From: an uncultured delta proteobacterium
GTDB lineage: Bacteria > Desulfobacterota > Desulfobaccia > Desulfobaccales > 0-14-0-80-60-11
NCBI GenBank assembly: GCA_963812015.1
Contig: CAWETI010000003.1
Location: 608,001-672,000, forward strand
Reading direction: 5' to 3'
Length of the DNA stretch: 64,000 bases
Below, piece by piece: positions 51,409 to 60,530 of this stretch. The position numbers were made by a program, and so were the translations under genes. Each line of letters begins with the position of its first letter. Position 1 is the stretch's first letter. Below the pieces are notes generated by a model, which saw only the letters and a program-made list of their open reading frames with translations, was not told the origin of the DNA and made no database searches.

Positions 51409-52581
51409 ATGGAAGAGTTAACCCAGGAACTGGCGGCATTGGAGGCACGGTCCCTCAGGCGGCGCCTCAGGGTGGTGGAGGAGGTGCTGCCCGGGGGCAA
51501 AGTCAGGTTGGCCGGGCAGGTCCTCCTGAATTTATCCTCCAACGATTACCTGGGCCTGGCCCAGGACCCCCGGATTATCACAGCGGCCCAGGCGGCGGCG
51601 GCCCGTTGGGGCGCGGGGGCCGGGGCCTCCCGCCTGGTGGTGGGGCACCTGGCCTTGCACGAGGCGGTGGAAGCCAAACTGGCCGATTTTAAAGGCACCG
51701 AGGCCGCGGTGATCTTTCCCACCGGTTACATGGCCAACGTGGGGACGATCTCCGCCCTCATGGGGCCGGGAGATGTGATTTTCAGCGACCGGCTCAACCA
51801 CGCCAGTATTTATGACGGCATCAAGCTGTCCGGGGCCGGCTTGCAGCGCTTTCCCCACCGGGACCTGAACCGGTTGGAGCAGCTGCTGCGTAAGGCCGGC
51901 AGCGCCCGGCGGCGCCTGATCGTCACCGATTCGGTGTTCTCCGTGGACGGCGACCTAGCCCCGCTCATGGACCTGGTGGCCTTAAAGGAGCGTTACGGGG
52001 CCTGGCTGATGTGTGACGAGGCCCACGCCACCGGGGTTCTGGGGGCCAAGGGGGCGGGACTGGCCGAAGCCCTGGGCCTGACCGGGAGGGTGGATATTCA
52101 CATGGGCACGTTTTCCAAGGCCCTGGGCTCCCAGGGGGGCTATGTGGCCGGGGACCGGCGCCTGGTGGATTACCTCCACAACCGGGCCCGGTCGTTCATT
52201 TATTCCACCGCCCTGGCGCCGCCGGTGCTGGGGGCGATTGACCGGGCTTTGGAGATTGTGGCCCAGGAACCGGAGCGCCGGCTTTTCCTGAGGCGGGAGT
52301 CCGAGGAGTTTCGCCAGGGTTTACAGGCGGCGGGGCTGGATATCCTCGGAAGTGAAACCCAGATCATTCCGGTGCTGGTGGGGGAAAACGACCGCACCCT
52401 GGAGTTTGCCGCCCTTCTCATGGGCCAGGGGCTCATGGCGGTGGCCTTGCGTCCTCCCACGGTGCCGCCGGGCCGGGCCCGGGTGCGATTTTCCCTGTCC
52501 GCGGCCCAGGCCCGGGAGGATCTGCACCGCGCCCGGGAGGCCATCGTGGCCACGGCCCGATCCATGGGGCTGGGGTCATGA
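51409..52581 (+). CDS. bioF: 8-amino-7-oxononanoate synthase
   Basis: SSNDYLGL, GASRLV, GYMAN, NHASI, DEAH, TFSKALG, RPPTVP. Confidence 0.95.
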   Translation: MEELTQELAALEARSLRRRLRVVEEVLPGGKVRLAGQVLLNLSSNDYLGLAQDPRIITAAQAAAARWGAGAGASRLVVGHLALHEAVEAKLADFKGTEAAVIFPTGYMANVGTISALMGPGDVIFSDRLNHASIYDGIKLSGAGLQRFPHRDLNRLEQLLRKAGSARRRLIVTDSVFSVDGDLAPLMDLVALKERYGAWLMCDEAHATGVLGAKGAGLAEALGLTGRVDIHMGTFSKALGSQGGYVAGDRRLVDYLHNRARSFIYSTALAPPVLGAIDRALEIVAQEPERRLFLRRESEEFRQGLQAAGLDILGSETQIIPVLVGENDRTLEFAALLMGQGLMAVALRPPTVPPGRARVRFSLSAAQAREDLHRAREAIVATARSMGLGS

Positions 52582-53282
52582 CCAGCCTGGTGTTTTTCCA
52601 TGGCTGGGGAGCCTCGGGCCGGGTCTGGGAGCGGCAGAGGGAGTATTTCCAAGATCGGCTGACGATTTTGACGCCCAGCATCCCGGTCTGGGAAGTGGGC
52701 TGGTTTGCCGACTACCTGCGAGCTTTGCCGCTAGGGGAATGCGTGCTGGTGGGGTGGTCCCTGGGGGGCATGTTTCTCCTGGAAGCCCTGAGCCGCCTCC
52801 CGGCCCCGGCGCCCGGCGGGCTGGTCTTGGTGGGGGTGGCCCCGGTCTTTACCCGGCGTCCGGATTACCCCTTGGGGCAGTCTCCCGCCGTGGTCCGGGC
52901 CATGCGCCGGGGACTTCAGAAAAACCGGCAGCAGGTGCTGGATGAGTTTCTTGACCGGTGCCTGGCCCCGGGGGAAGGCGCCCTAACCTCCCCGGCCCGG
53001 GTGGCGTTTGCCTCAGCGGCTACCGCCGGCAACCTGGCGGCAGGCCTCGATTATTTGCTGGCGCACGACCTCCGGCCCCTGCTCCCTCGCCTGCCCGGAG
53101 GGGCAGTGATCATTCAGGGACAGGAGGACCGGGTCGTGCCTCCGGATCAGGGAAAGTTCCTTGCGGCCCAGCTGGCCGGGGCCAGGTTGAATCTTTTGCC
53201 GGGGGCCGGGCATCTGCCTTTTTTCACCCAGGCCGCGGCCTTTAACGGGATAGTAGAAGAATGCTTAACCACGGCGAGCTAA
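52578..53282 (+). CDS. bioH: Pimeloyl-ACP methyl ester carboxylesterase (BioH-like)
   Basis: HGWG, GWSLGG, D, GHLPF; lies between bioF and bioC. Confidence 0.78.
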   Translation: MTSLVFFHGWGASGRVWERQREYFQDRLTILTPSIPVWEVGWFADYLRALPLGECVLVGWSLGGMFLLEALSRLPAPAPGGLVLVGVAPVFTRRPDYPLGQSPAVVRAMRRGLQKNRQQVLDEFLDRCLAPGEGALTSPARVAFASAATAGNLAAGLDYLLAHDLRPLLPRLPGGAVIIQGQEDRVVPPDQGKFLAAQLAGARLNLLPGAGHLPFFTQAAAFNGIVEECLTTAS

Positions 53283-54121
53283 AGATACCCCCCGAGTTAG
53301 GGCCGGCACCCTACCCGGGAGACGGTAGGGAAGTCAAGCAAGGGATCAGACGCAATTTTGCCCGGCGGGCCAACTCCTATGACCGGCATGCCTGTATCCA
53401 ACGCCTCATGGCCCAAGGATTGATGGCGAGGGTGGAGGACTGGCCGGCCCGGGCCCAACGCATCCTGGAGATCGGCTGCGGCACCGGCTATCTCACCCGA
53501 CTCCTCCGGCAGGCCAACGGGGCGGCTCGACTGGTGGCTCTCGACCTGGATGCCGCCCTGGTGGAGACGGCTCGCCGCCGCCTGGGGCCGGATGCGCGGG
53601 TTTCATGGCTGGTGGCGGACGGAGAGACTCCGATCCGGGGCGAGTATGACCTGATCATGGCCAACGCCACCTTCCAGTGGTTCACCCGCCCCGGGGAAAC
53701 TCTGGCTGCTTACTACCAAAACCTCGCTCCCGGGGGAGTCCTGGCTTTTTCCACCCTGGGGCCCCGGACTTTTCGCGAGCTGGCCGGCGCCCTGGCCCAG
53801 GCCGCCCGGAGTCTCGAACTGCCGTCGGCTCCACCGATCCCCGCCCAGGGGTTTGGCGACCGGGAGACCTGGTCCAACCGCCTGTATCGGGCCGGATTCC
53901 GCCAGGCCCGGCTGACCCGGGAAATGCTCACCACCACCTGCCCGTCGGTGCCGGAGTTTCTCAAAGCCCTCCAGGCCACGGGCGCCACCAATCCCCGGCC
54001 CGGCCCCTTTTCCCGGCGCCTTTTGACTGGGCTCATCACAGCCTACCAGAACGGCTACGGGATAAACGGCGCCATTCCGGTAAGCTATGAAATAATCTGG
54101 GCCGTGGCCGAAAAATCCTGA
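53261..54121 (+). CDS. bioC: Malonyl-ACP O-methyltransferase
   Basis: FARRANSYDRHA, LEIGCGTG, NATFQW, FSTLGP. Confidence 0.88.
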   Translation: MLNHGELKIPPELGPAPYPGDGREVKQGIRRNFARRANSYDRHACIQRLMAQGLMARVEDWPARAQRILEIGCGTGYLTRLLRQANGAARLVALDLDAALVETARRRLGPDARVSWLVADGETPIRGEYDLIMANATFQWFTRPGETLAAYYQNLAPGGVLAFSTLGPRTFRELAGALAQAARSLELPSAPPIPAQGFGDRETWSNRLYRAGFRQARLTREMLTTTCPSVPEFLKALQATGATNPRPGPFSRRLLTGLITAYQNGYGINGAIPVSYEIIWAVAEKS

Positions 54122-54128
54122 AAGCAGA

Positions 54129-54282
54129 TTTTGAGGGGAGGACCGGGGAAATAGTTTATAAGGGATTCATCCGCCCTCCCCTCAGGCTCCCCTCCCATCA
54201 CCCGGTATGGGGTTGGGGGTGGGAGTCTGAGGGAGTTTTTTATAAGCGCAGGGGCTTGCGCCCCTGGCTCCCTTCCTCAACA
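54129..54282. repeat. Three-hairpin G/C-run repeat in reverse orientation
   Basis: TTTTGAGGGGAGG...CCTCCCCTCA, GTATGGGGTTGGGGG, CAGGGGC-TTGC-GCCCCTG. Confidence 0.75.
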
Positions 54283-54286
54283 ATTC

Positions 54287-54817
54287 TTACAGCGGCTGGA
54301 CCCAGATGGCCTGGGGGCCCTGGTCCCCGGCCTCCTGGGTGAATTTCACCGGCGTGCCCGGCGTCAGGTGGCTGAACTTGCCTTTCTTGACCGCGTGGGC
54401 GTGGAAGTAGACCTCCAGGCCCTCGTCGCTTTCGATAAAGCCGTAGTCGTCATCCAGGAAAAGACGCACCACCCTCCCCCGTTGGGCAACTTCTTCGTGG
54501 GTTTTGATTTGCTGTTGGGCAACCTGTAAGTGCTCGGCCAAGCGGCGGTCCAGGACGTCAAAAGCCTCCACCACCAGGGACATGACCATTTCGCCCTGCC
54601 GCATTATGGTGATGGTGTCTCCGGGGATGGAGATCACCAGGTGGGCCTCGAAGGCCCCGAGCCGGTGGTGGGCCGTGCCGATGATTTCCACCCGGGCGTG
54701 GAGGATGGGATCGTGATAGTGCTTCTGCATGCGGGCCAGTTCTTCCTCAATCTTCTCCCGCCACTCGGGCAGGATTTCCAGATTACGGCCTTCAATATGA
54801 ACATCCTGGGGCAGCAT
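54287..54817 (-). CDS. HPF/RaiA-family protein fused to a cold-shock domain
   Basis: N-terminal S30AE-like domain; C-terminal YGFIES..EVYFH..V...G.QGPQA. Confidence 0.85.
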   Translation of the reverse strand: MLPQDVHIEGRNLEILPEWREKIEEELARMQKHYHDPILHARVEIIGTAHHRLGAFEAHLVISIPGDTITIMRQGEMVMSLVVEAFDVLDRRLAEHLQVAQQQIKTHEEVAQRGRVVRLFLDDDYGFIESDEGLEVYFHAHAVKKGKFSHLTPGTPVKFTQEAGDQGPQAIWVQPL

Positions 54818-54948
54818 CGAGCACCTCCTGGGGAATACACAACTCATTAACTATTAAGAGTTGCAACTGTGCTTGTCAATCGACGTCCGCTTATCAGGAC
54901 GGGTGGCGGGGTCAGGGTGTCGAGGGGGTGGAGGGGAGATGTCTGGGG

Positions 54949-55824
54949 TTACTGGGTGCCGATGAAGAACGGACGGAAGGCGGACTCGTCCCGGGCCAGG
55001 GCCCGGCGCAATGCCTCGAGCATGGCGTTCCGGTCCTCGGGCAAATGGCCGGTGACCTCGAGGTAGTTGGTGTAATGGTCGCTGGCCACCAGGGTGGGGG
55101 CGGTGATTTGCTCCAGGATGGCCAGGGTTTCCGTGAGCACCTGATGGGGGCTGAGCATCTTAAACCGCCCGGCCTCCACGTCCGCCAGCAACGGGGTTCC
55201 GACCTTGGGGACAAAGGTCCTGAGGCGCACCACGGTCGGCTCCATCTCGCTGATGACCCGGGCGGTCTGACGGGCGTGCGCCTCGGAGCGGTCCTGGCCG
55301 CCGATGCCCAGGATGACGTAAGCGTTGATTTCAATCCCCGCGGCCCGGGCCAGTCGTCCTGCATTGATGTGGTCCCGGGCGGTGGCGCCCTTTTTGATCC
55401 GGGTCAGGATGACGTCATCCCCGCTTTCCACCCCCGCATGAATCCGCCCCAACCCGGCCTGGGCCAGGTCTTTTAGCTGGTCCGGACCTTTGCGGTGGAT
55501 ATAGTGGGACGAACCGTAGACGGTGATCCTCTCAAGGCAGGGAAAGCGGGCGTAGCCGTAACGGCAAATCTCGGCCAAGGCCGCGGTTGGCATGGCGATG
55601 GTGTTGCCCGCCGGGAAAAACAGGGTCCGCACCCGGGAGCCATAAGCTGCCGCAGCCTCATCCAGGTCGGCCTTAATCTCCGCCACCGGCCTCACCTTGA
55701 ACCTGATGCCGCTCTTGTAGACCATGCAGAAGGTGCAGAGGTTGTGGGGGCAGCCCACGGTGGCCTGGACGAGGAGACTGTCGGCTTCACTGGGGGGCCG
55801 GTAAATGGGGCCGTCGTATCGCAT
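54949..55824 (-). CDS. Radical SAM protein of unknown function
   Basis: YRPPSEA, GCPHNLCTFCMVYK, GVESG, ASDH. Confidence 0.88.
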   Translation of the reverse strand: MRYDGPIYRPPSEADSLLVQATVGCPHNLCTFCMVYKSGIRFKVRPVAEIKADLDEAAAAYGSRVRTLFFPAGNTIAMPTAALAEICRYGYARFPCLERITVYGSSHYIHRKGPDQLKDLAQAGLGRIHAGVESGDDVILTRIKKGATARDHINAGRLARAAGIEINAYVILGIGGQDRSEAHARQTARVISEMEPTVVRLRTFVPKVGTPLLADVEAGRFKMLSPHQVLTETLAILEQITAPTLVASDHYTNYLEVTGHLPEDRNAMLEALRRALARDESAFRPFFIGTQ

Positions 55825-55999
55825 GGGGTGTGCCGATGAGAGGCATAAAAAGTTATTAGCATTTATTATAACACATCCGGGACCTGCGGCTTACCCCCGG
55901 CCAGGCGCGGGTATGGCCCGGCCCTGATTATGTGCTGGGCAGCCCCGGGGATTAATGGTAATATGTCGATGTCTAAACCAACTTAGGTGTAAGCAATCC

Positions 56000-57283
56000 G
56001 TGGGAGTCAGGCACGAATCCATCATCTGTCCCGGCTGCGGTTGTCTCTGCGATGACCTGGATGTCACTCTATCGGGGGATAAGATCGTTGAGGTCACCAA
56101 CGTCTGCCTCTGGGGCGTAAGCCGCTTTTTCCACGCCAAGAAATTTCATCCCAAAAAAGAGCGTCATCGGCTGCTGACGCCCCTGGTGCGTCATCAAGGG
56201 CGGCGGGAGACGGTGCCGTACGAAACGGCTTTGGCTGCGGCGGCCCAACTGTTGAGCCGGGCCCGCCGGCCGCTCGTCTATGGGCTGACGAATTCCGGCT
56301 GCTTCGCCCAGGCGGCGGCCCTGAAGCTGGCCCGGAGCTTACGGGCCCGGCTGGAACCGGCGGACCTGGCCTTCAAGGCCCCCTATTACCAGAGCGTGCA
56401 ACAACATGGCCTCGCCTGGGCTCCCCTGGAGGTCATCCGGGATGAGGCCGACGCGGTGCTGTTCTGGGGCGCCAATCCCATTCACTCCGCCCCCCGGCAG
56501 GTGGTGCGCTATGCCGTCTTTGCCCGGGGCCGGTACACCGAACGGGGGATAGAAGACCGGCAGGTGGCGGCCGTGGACATCTATAAGACTGAGCTGGCCA
56601 AATTCTGCCCCCTATTCATCAAGGTCCAGCCCGGGCAGGAACTTGACCTGCTTCTGGGAGCCGCCACCATCCTGGCCGGAGAGCCGCCGCCCGAACCCCG
56701 GGTCCGGGGAACCGTGCGGCTGGCCCAATTCCTGGCCAAAGCCACCTGGGGGGTCATCTTTTGCGGCCGGGGGGTCAGTTACGGCCCGGCCCTGGAACTG
56801 TTTGACCGGCTGGCCCGCCTGGTGGGATTCCTGAATCGAGACAAGCCGTTTTTCCTGTTTCCCCTGTCCGGGGACTTCAACTCCAGCGGGCTATACCACC
56901 TGCTGCTCAATGAACTGGGCCAGGCCGGGGCGCCGGATTTCGGGGCGGCGGAGGTGGCGACCCACTACACCCCGGTGGATTTCCGGGAGGTGGACGCGGT
57001 GCTGGTGGCCGGGGCGGATCTCTTGTGGTTCTTGCCGGAGGAGGTGGCGGCGGACCTGAAGCGCCGCCGGGTGCCCATCGTGGCCTTGAGTCCGTTCGCC
57101 AACCGGACCACGGGCCAGGCGGCGGTCATTTTCCCCACGGCCCTGACCGGCATCGAGGCCGAAGAGGTGGCCTACCGGATGGATGGCTTACCCCTGGTCC
57201 TAAAACAGCTGATGCCTTCGGCGCTGCCTCCGGACCATCAGGTGCTGACGGATTTGCACCGGTTGATTGGGGTGCAGGATTGA
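56000..57283 (+). CDS. Formylmethanofuran dehydrogenase subunit B-like protein, apparently lacking the Mo/W ligand
   Basis: CPGCGCLCDD...C cluster motif, ADAVLFWGANP, YRMDGLP; the CHGP motif position reads FKAP. Confidence 0.8.
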   Translation: MGVRHESIICPGCGCLCDDLDVTLSGDKIVEVTNVCLWGVSRFFHAKKFHPKKERHRLLTPLVRHQGRRETVPYETALAAAAQLLSRARRPLVYGLTNSGCFAQAAALKLARSLRARLEPADLAFKAPYYQSVQQHGLAWAPLEVIRDEADAVLFWGANPIHSAPRQVVRYAVFARGRYTERGIEDRQVAAVDIYKTELAKFCPLFIKVQPGQELDLLLGAATILAGEPPPEPRVRGTVRLAQFLAKATWGVIFCGRGVSYGPALELFDRLARLVGFLNRDKPFFLFPLSGDFNSSGLYHLLLNELGQAGAPDFGAAEVATHYTPVDFREVDAVLVAGADLLWFLPEEVAADLKRRRVPIVALSPFANRTTGQAAVIFPTALTGIEAEEVAYRMDGLPLVLKQLMPSALPPDHQVLTDLHRLIGVQD

Positions 57284-57306
57284 GGCTGACGGGGGTTACT
57301 TATAAG

Positions 57307-57429
57307 CTATTTCAAAACCGGTTTATTGTGTCACCCTGGGCGGCAGCGAATGGCCTAGGTTATTGGAAAGGATGGATTCTTCGCTTCGCTCAGCATGACA
57401 AACTGGTGTAAAAAGAGGTTTTGAAATAG
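57307..57429. repeat. Palindromic element with 13 bp outer inverted repeats
   Basis: CTATTTCAAAACC ... GGTTTTGAAATAG enclosing GTCACCCTGGGCGGCAGCGAA...TTCTTCGCTTCGCTCAGCATGAC. Confidence 0.75.
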
Positions 57430-57538
57430 GTTCTAGTGATCAGAGGACGTGCCGGCAGGCCTGAAATGGCGGTCACGGGCCGCCCCAGGGGTTGTCCATC
57501 AATTACTTGTCCCACACTGGCAGGTTGGAGCGTGCGCC

Positions 57539-58912
57539 ATGCGCCTGAAGATTGCCGGAGGTCGCCTTTATGATCCATCCTGTGGCTGGGACGGGGAGAC
57601 CGGCGACCTCTACATCCGGGACGGGTATATGGTGGCGCCGCTCTCCGAGGTGGACCGGGAGATCGAGGCCCGGGGTCAGGTGGTGGCCCCGGCGGGGATC
57701 GAGCTCCGGGGTCAGGTGGCCACCTATGGCCTGGACTTCCTGCGCCTGACCCTGGGGGCGCCCTCTCTTCAGGAATTGGGGGAGAGCTATGCCCTCCTGG
57801 GCTACACTCATGTGCACGAGCCGTTTTTGACGGCCTGGACCGCGGGCTACGTCCAGCGCCAGTTGGTGGGCCTGCCCGTGGTGGACACCTCCGCCTCCCT
57901 GGTGATCAACCTGAGGGATTTTGACCAGTGGCTGCGGTCCCCGGAGCACCTTCAGGAGGTGGGGCAAACCCTGTTGTATCTGCTGGACGAGACCCGCGCC
58001 CTCAATTTCCGGGTGGTGGAGCCTTTTGTGCGCTACCGGCAGGATTTTTACGCCCACCGCACCATCGAACCGGAGCAGGCCCTGGAAATATTGGCCGACC
58101 TGGCCCGGAGGACCGGGTTGCCCCTGTCCCTGGAAGCCTCCCCCGAGGTGCTGCGGGCCCGCCTGCCGGAGCCCGCCGCCTTCCATCTGGCCGCTCTGGG
58201 CCCGGCGCTCACGGACGATGCCCTGGTGGAGGCCGCCCTGGCCCACCTGGAGGCGGGGGCCACGGGAGACCTGGGGCTTATGCGCCCCGGACCTCAGACC
58301 GGACAAACCCACCCCCCGGTCCGGATAGACCTGGGGTGGTTTCGCCCCCTGGACCTCAACCCGCCGGTGGATGAGGCCGCGGCCCGGCGGGCGTTGGCCC
58401 TGGCCCTGTGCTGCCAGGGCTCCCAGGTGGCTTTTTCCGGGGCCGGTCCGGCCCTGGCGCCGGTGACCGAATACCCCCGGCTGTTCTCCTGGCTGTGGGA
58501 CCACGCGGCCCGCCGGCAGGATTGGCAGGATGACCTGGGGGCGCGGCACTATTCGCTGTCGGAGTGGGTCTGGGCCACCCGCACCCTGCCCGCCCGGCTG
58601 CTGGGCCTTGAGGATCGGGGGCGGTTGAGCATAGGCGCCCGGGCCGATGTGGCCATCTATGACATGCCGACGTATGCCCCTCCCGGTCAGTGGCGCCAAT
58701 ACCTGGGCCGCTGCCGTACCCTGCTCAAGGCGGGGGAAGTCGTGGTGGACAACTTTCGGTTGGTGAACCCGGAGGTTTCCCGGGCGATCTATTATCGCCG
58801 CACCGGCGCCGAGTCCACCCCGATGCTGGCGGAAATCTGCCAGTTCCAGAGTTTCCGCTGGGAAAACCTCTGGGTCCCGGAAGCCCTGGGCGGACCCTGG
58901 GTGGGGATTTAG
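57539..58912 (+). CDS. Formylmethanofuran dehydrogenase subunit A-like amidohydrolase-fold protein lacking metal ligands
   Basis: GRLYDP..GWDGE, YALLGYT, YPRLFSWL, TRTLPARLLGL..RGRLSIGARADVAIYD; the DxHxH position reads ELRGQ. Confidence 0.8.
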   Translation: MRLKIAGGRLYDPSCGWDGETGDLYIRDGYMVAPLSEVDREIEARGQVVAPAGIELRGQVATYGLDFLRLTLGAPSLQELGESYALLGYTHVHEPFLTAWTAGYVQRQLVGLPVVDTSASLVINLRDFDQWLRSPEHLQEVGQTLLYLLDETRALNFRVVEPFVRYRQDFYAHRTIEPEQALEILADLARRTGLPLSLEASPEVLRARLPEPAAFHLAALGPALTDDALVEAALAHLEAGATGDLGLMRPGPQTGQTHPPVRIDLGWFRPLDLNPPVDEAAARRALALALCCQGSQVAFSGAGPALAPVTEYPRLFSWLWDHAARRQDWQDDLGARHYSLSEWVWATRTLPARLLGLEDRGRLSIGARADVAIYDMPTYAPPGQWRQYLGRCRTLLKAGEVVVDNFRLVNPEVSRAIYYRRTGAESTPMLAEICQFQSFRWENLWVPEALGGPWVGI

Positions 58913-59067
58913 GTAATGGCCCCTGAACTGAATGCTCAATATTATGGCCCGGTTTTATGAAAGCGGGTTTACAGTCCCCCTTTGAAAAGGGGGGTTAAAG
59001 CCGTTCGGTCGATGGGTCTTTCCCTTAGAGAGAAAGTCTTATAATTTTCGGAATGTAACCAGAGAGT

Positions 59068-59517
59068 ATGGCCACCGCGGAAGAGATTTTGGAATTTTTG
59101 CCCGGCACCGATTGCCGGCAGTGCGGCTTGAGCTGCGCCGAGTTTGCCGGATTTCTCCTGGCCCGGGAACTGCCGCCGGAGGATTGCCCGGTCCTCCACG
59201 AGCCTGATTATGCCGGGTTCATCGAGGCCCTGCACGAACTCCTGGGGCCGGTGGTTGCGGCCCCGGGGATGCGTATCGACCTGGAAAAGTGCAACGGCTG
59301 CGGTATCTGCGTGGCCATGTGCGAATTCCATCTGGGGAACTGCGACGCGGCCCGTCTGGGCAAGGGCCCCCGGCCCCAGGACCGGGTGGTCTTTCACATG
59401 ATCAATGGCACTGCGGTGGTGGTCCACCAGGAATTTTGCACCCGGATGGTCCAGGCGGCGGAGAAGTGCAGCAAGTGTGCGGAGTATTGCCCCACCGAGG
59501 CCATTGAGTTGTTTTGA
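59068..59517 (+). CDS. Ferredoxin: N-terminal RnfB-type FeS domain fused to an FwdG-like 2x[4Fe-4S] domain
   Basis: LPGTDCRQCGLSC...CP; CNGCGICVAMC...GKGP...CSKCAEYCPTEAI. Confidence 0.8.
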   Translation: MATAEEILEFLPGTDCRQCGLSCAEFAGFLLARELPPEDCPVLHEPDYAGFIEALHELLGPVVAAPGMRIDLEKCNGCGICVAMCEFHLGNCDAARLGKGPRPQDRVVFHMINGTAVVVHQEFCTRMVQAAEKCSKCAEYCPTEAIELF

Positions 59518-59852
59518 TCAGCAGTCAGCGGTTAGCAGTTAGTAATCTTATTGAACTGATAAAATTATCGGCATGAATATTTCTCATAATTTTCTTTTAA
59601 TGGCTAATAAATAGTAGCCAATGTAGCGTTTCATAATTAGATGCACATAAATGCAGGCTGGGAGCACCGGACTTGGCAGGTTAAGTCCCCCTTTGAAAAA
59701 GGTGGATTTAAGGGGATTTCAAGCTCTTATAAAAATCCCCCCTGCCCCCCCTTTAGTAAAGGGGGGTAAAAAAAACAGGTTTTCCCGTGTCACCTTAATT
59801 ATGAAACACACCACTATTAGCTAGTGGATATTAGCTAACTGCTAACTGCTGA
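59518..59852. repeat. Nested palindromic elements: heptamer IR enclosing a 12 bp IR enclosing a CCCCCTTT..AAAGGGGG doublet
   Basis: TCAGCAGTCAGCGGTTAGCAGTTAG ... GTTTCATAATTA ... TAATTATGAAAC ... GCTAACTGCTAACTGCTGA. Confidence 0.75.
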
Positions 59853-59861
59853 AGGCCTTTT

Positions 59862-60329
59862 ATGACCGACACCGTAAACCTTCAGGAACTGGACCCCCAG
59901 TTTAAAGACGAAGTGGCCGCCGAGCCCGGATGTCAGCATCTTTTGCGGTGCTTTGCCTGCGGGGTTTGCACCGCCACCTGCCCGGTGAGCGAACTTACCC
60001 CCGGCTTCAGCCCCAGCCAGATCATTCGCCAGATTCTCTACGGTCAACGGGCGGCCCTGCTGGGTTCTCCGGCCCTGTGGCACTGCGCCCGCTGCGCCCG
60101 GTGCTCCTTTCAGTGCCCCCAGGATGTGCGTTTTCTGGATATCATCCAGGGTTTGAGGAATCTGGCCCTGCGGGACGACTTCATCACCCCGGCCCGGGTG
60201 GCCCGATTGGAGCGGGGAGAGCGGCTGATCCAGGAACTCCGGCGACGCCTCATCGGTGAGATCCTGTCCGGCCCCGAAGAGCAGGAGGTCAACGACGCCC
60301 TGGCCCGGCTGGCCGATAAACTGGATTAA
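59862..60329 (+). CDS. hdrC: Heterodisulfide reductase subunit C-like protein
   Basis: CFACGVCTATCP...LWHCARCARCSFQCPQDV. Confidence 0.85.
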   Translation: MTDTVNLQELDPQFKDEVAAEPGCQHLLRCFACGVCTATCPVSELTPGFSPSQIIRQILYGQRAALLGSPALWHCARCARCSFQCPQDVRFLDIIQGLRNLALRDDFITPARVARLERGERLIQELRRRLIGEILSGPEEQEVNDALARLADKLD

Positions 60330-60530
60330 GGAAGTCTCATTACTCAGAGCAAAAAACAAGTTACCTTAACCCCCACCCCAGCCCTCCCCCCTCAAGGGAA
60401 GGGGGCAAGAGGAAGGAACTTCTGTTAATGCCCTGATGGATTGCTTTGGGGGCCCGAAGGCTGAGGCCGGGGCAGGGGCGTCCCGCCGGGTCGCCTCTAC
60501 TCTGCGATTTGTCCAAAGGAGCGCGTGCGT

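Noticed and set aside
56000..58912. Evidence of methanogenesis or archaeal contamination
   Set aside because: GC content and the intergenic repeat style match the surrounding bacterial DNA, and the catalytic residues appear to be missing.
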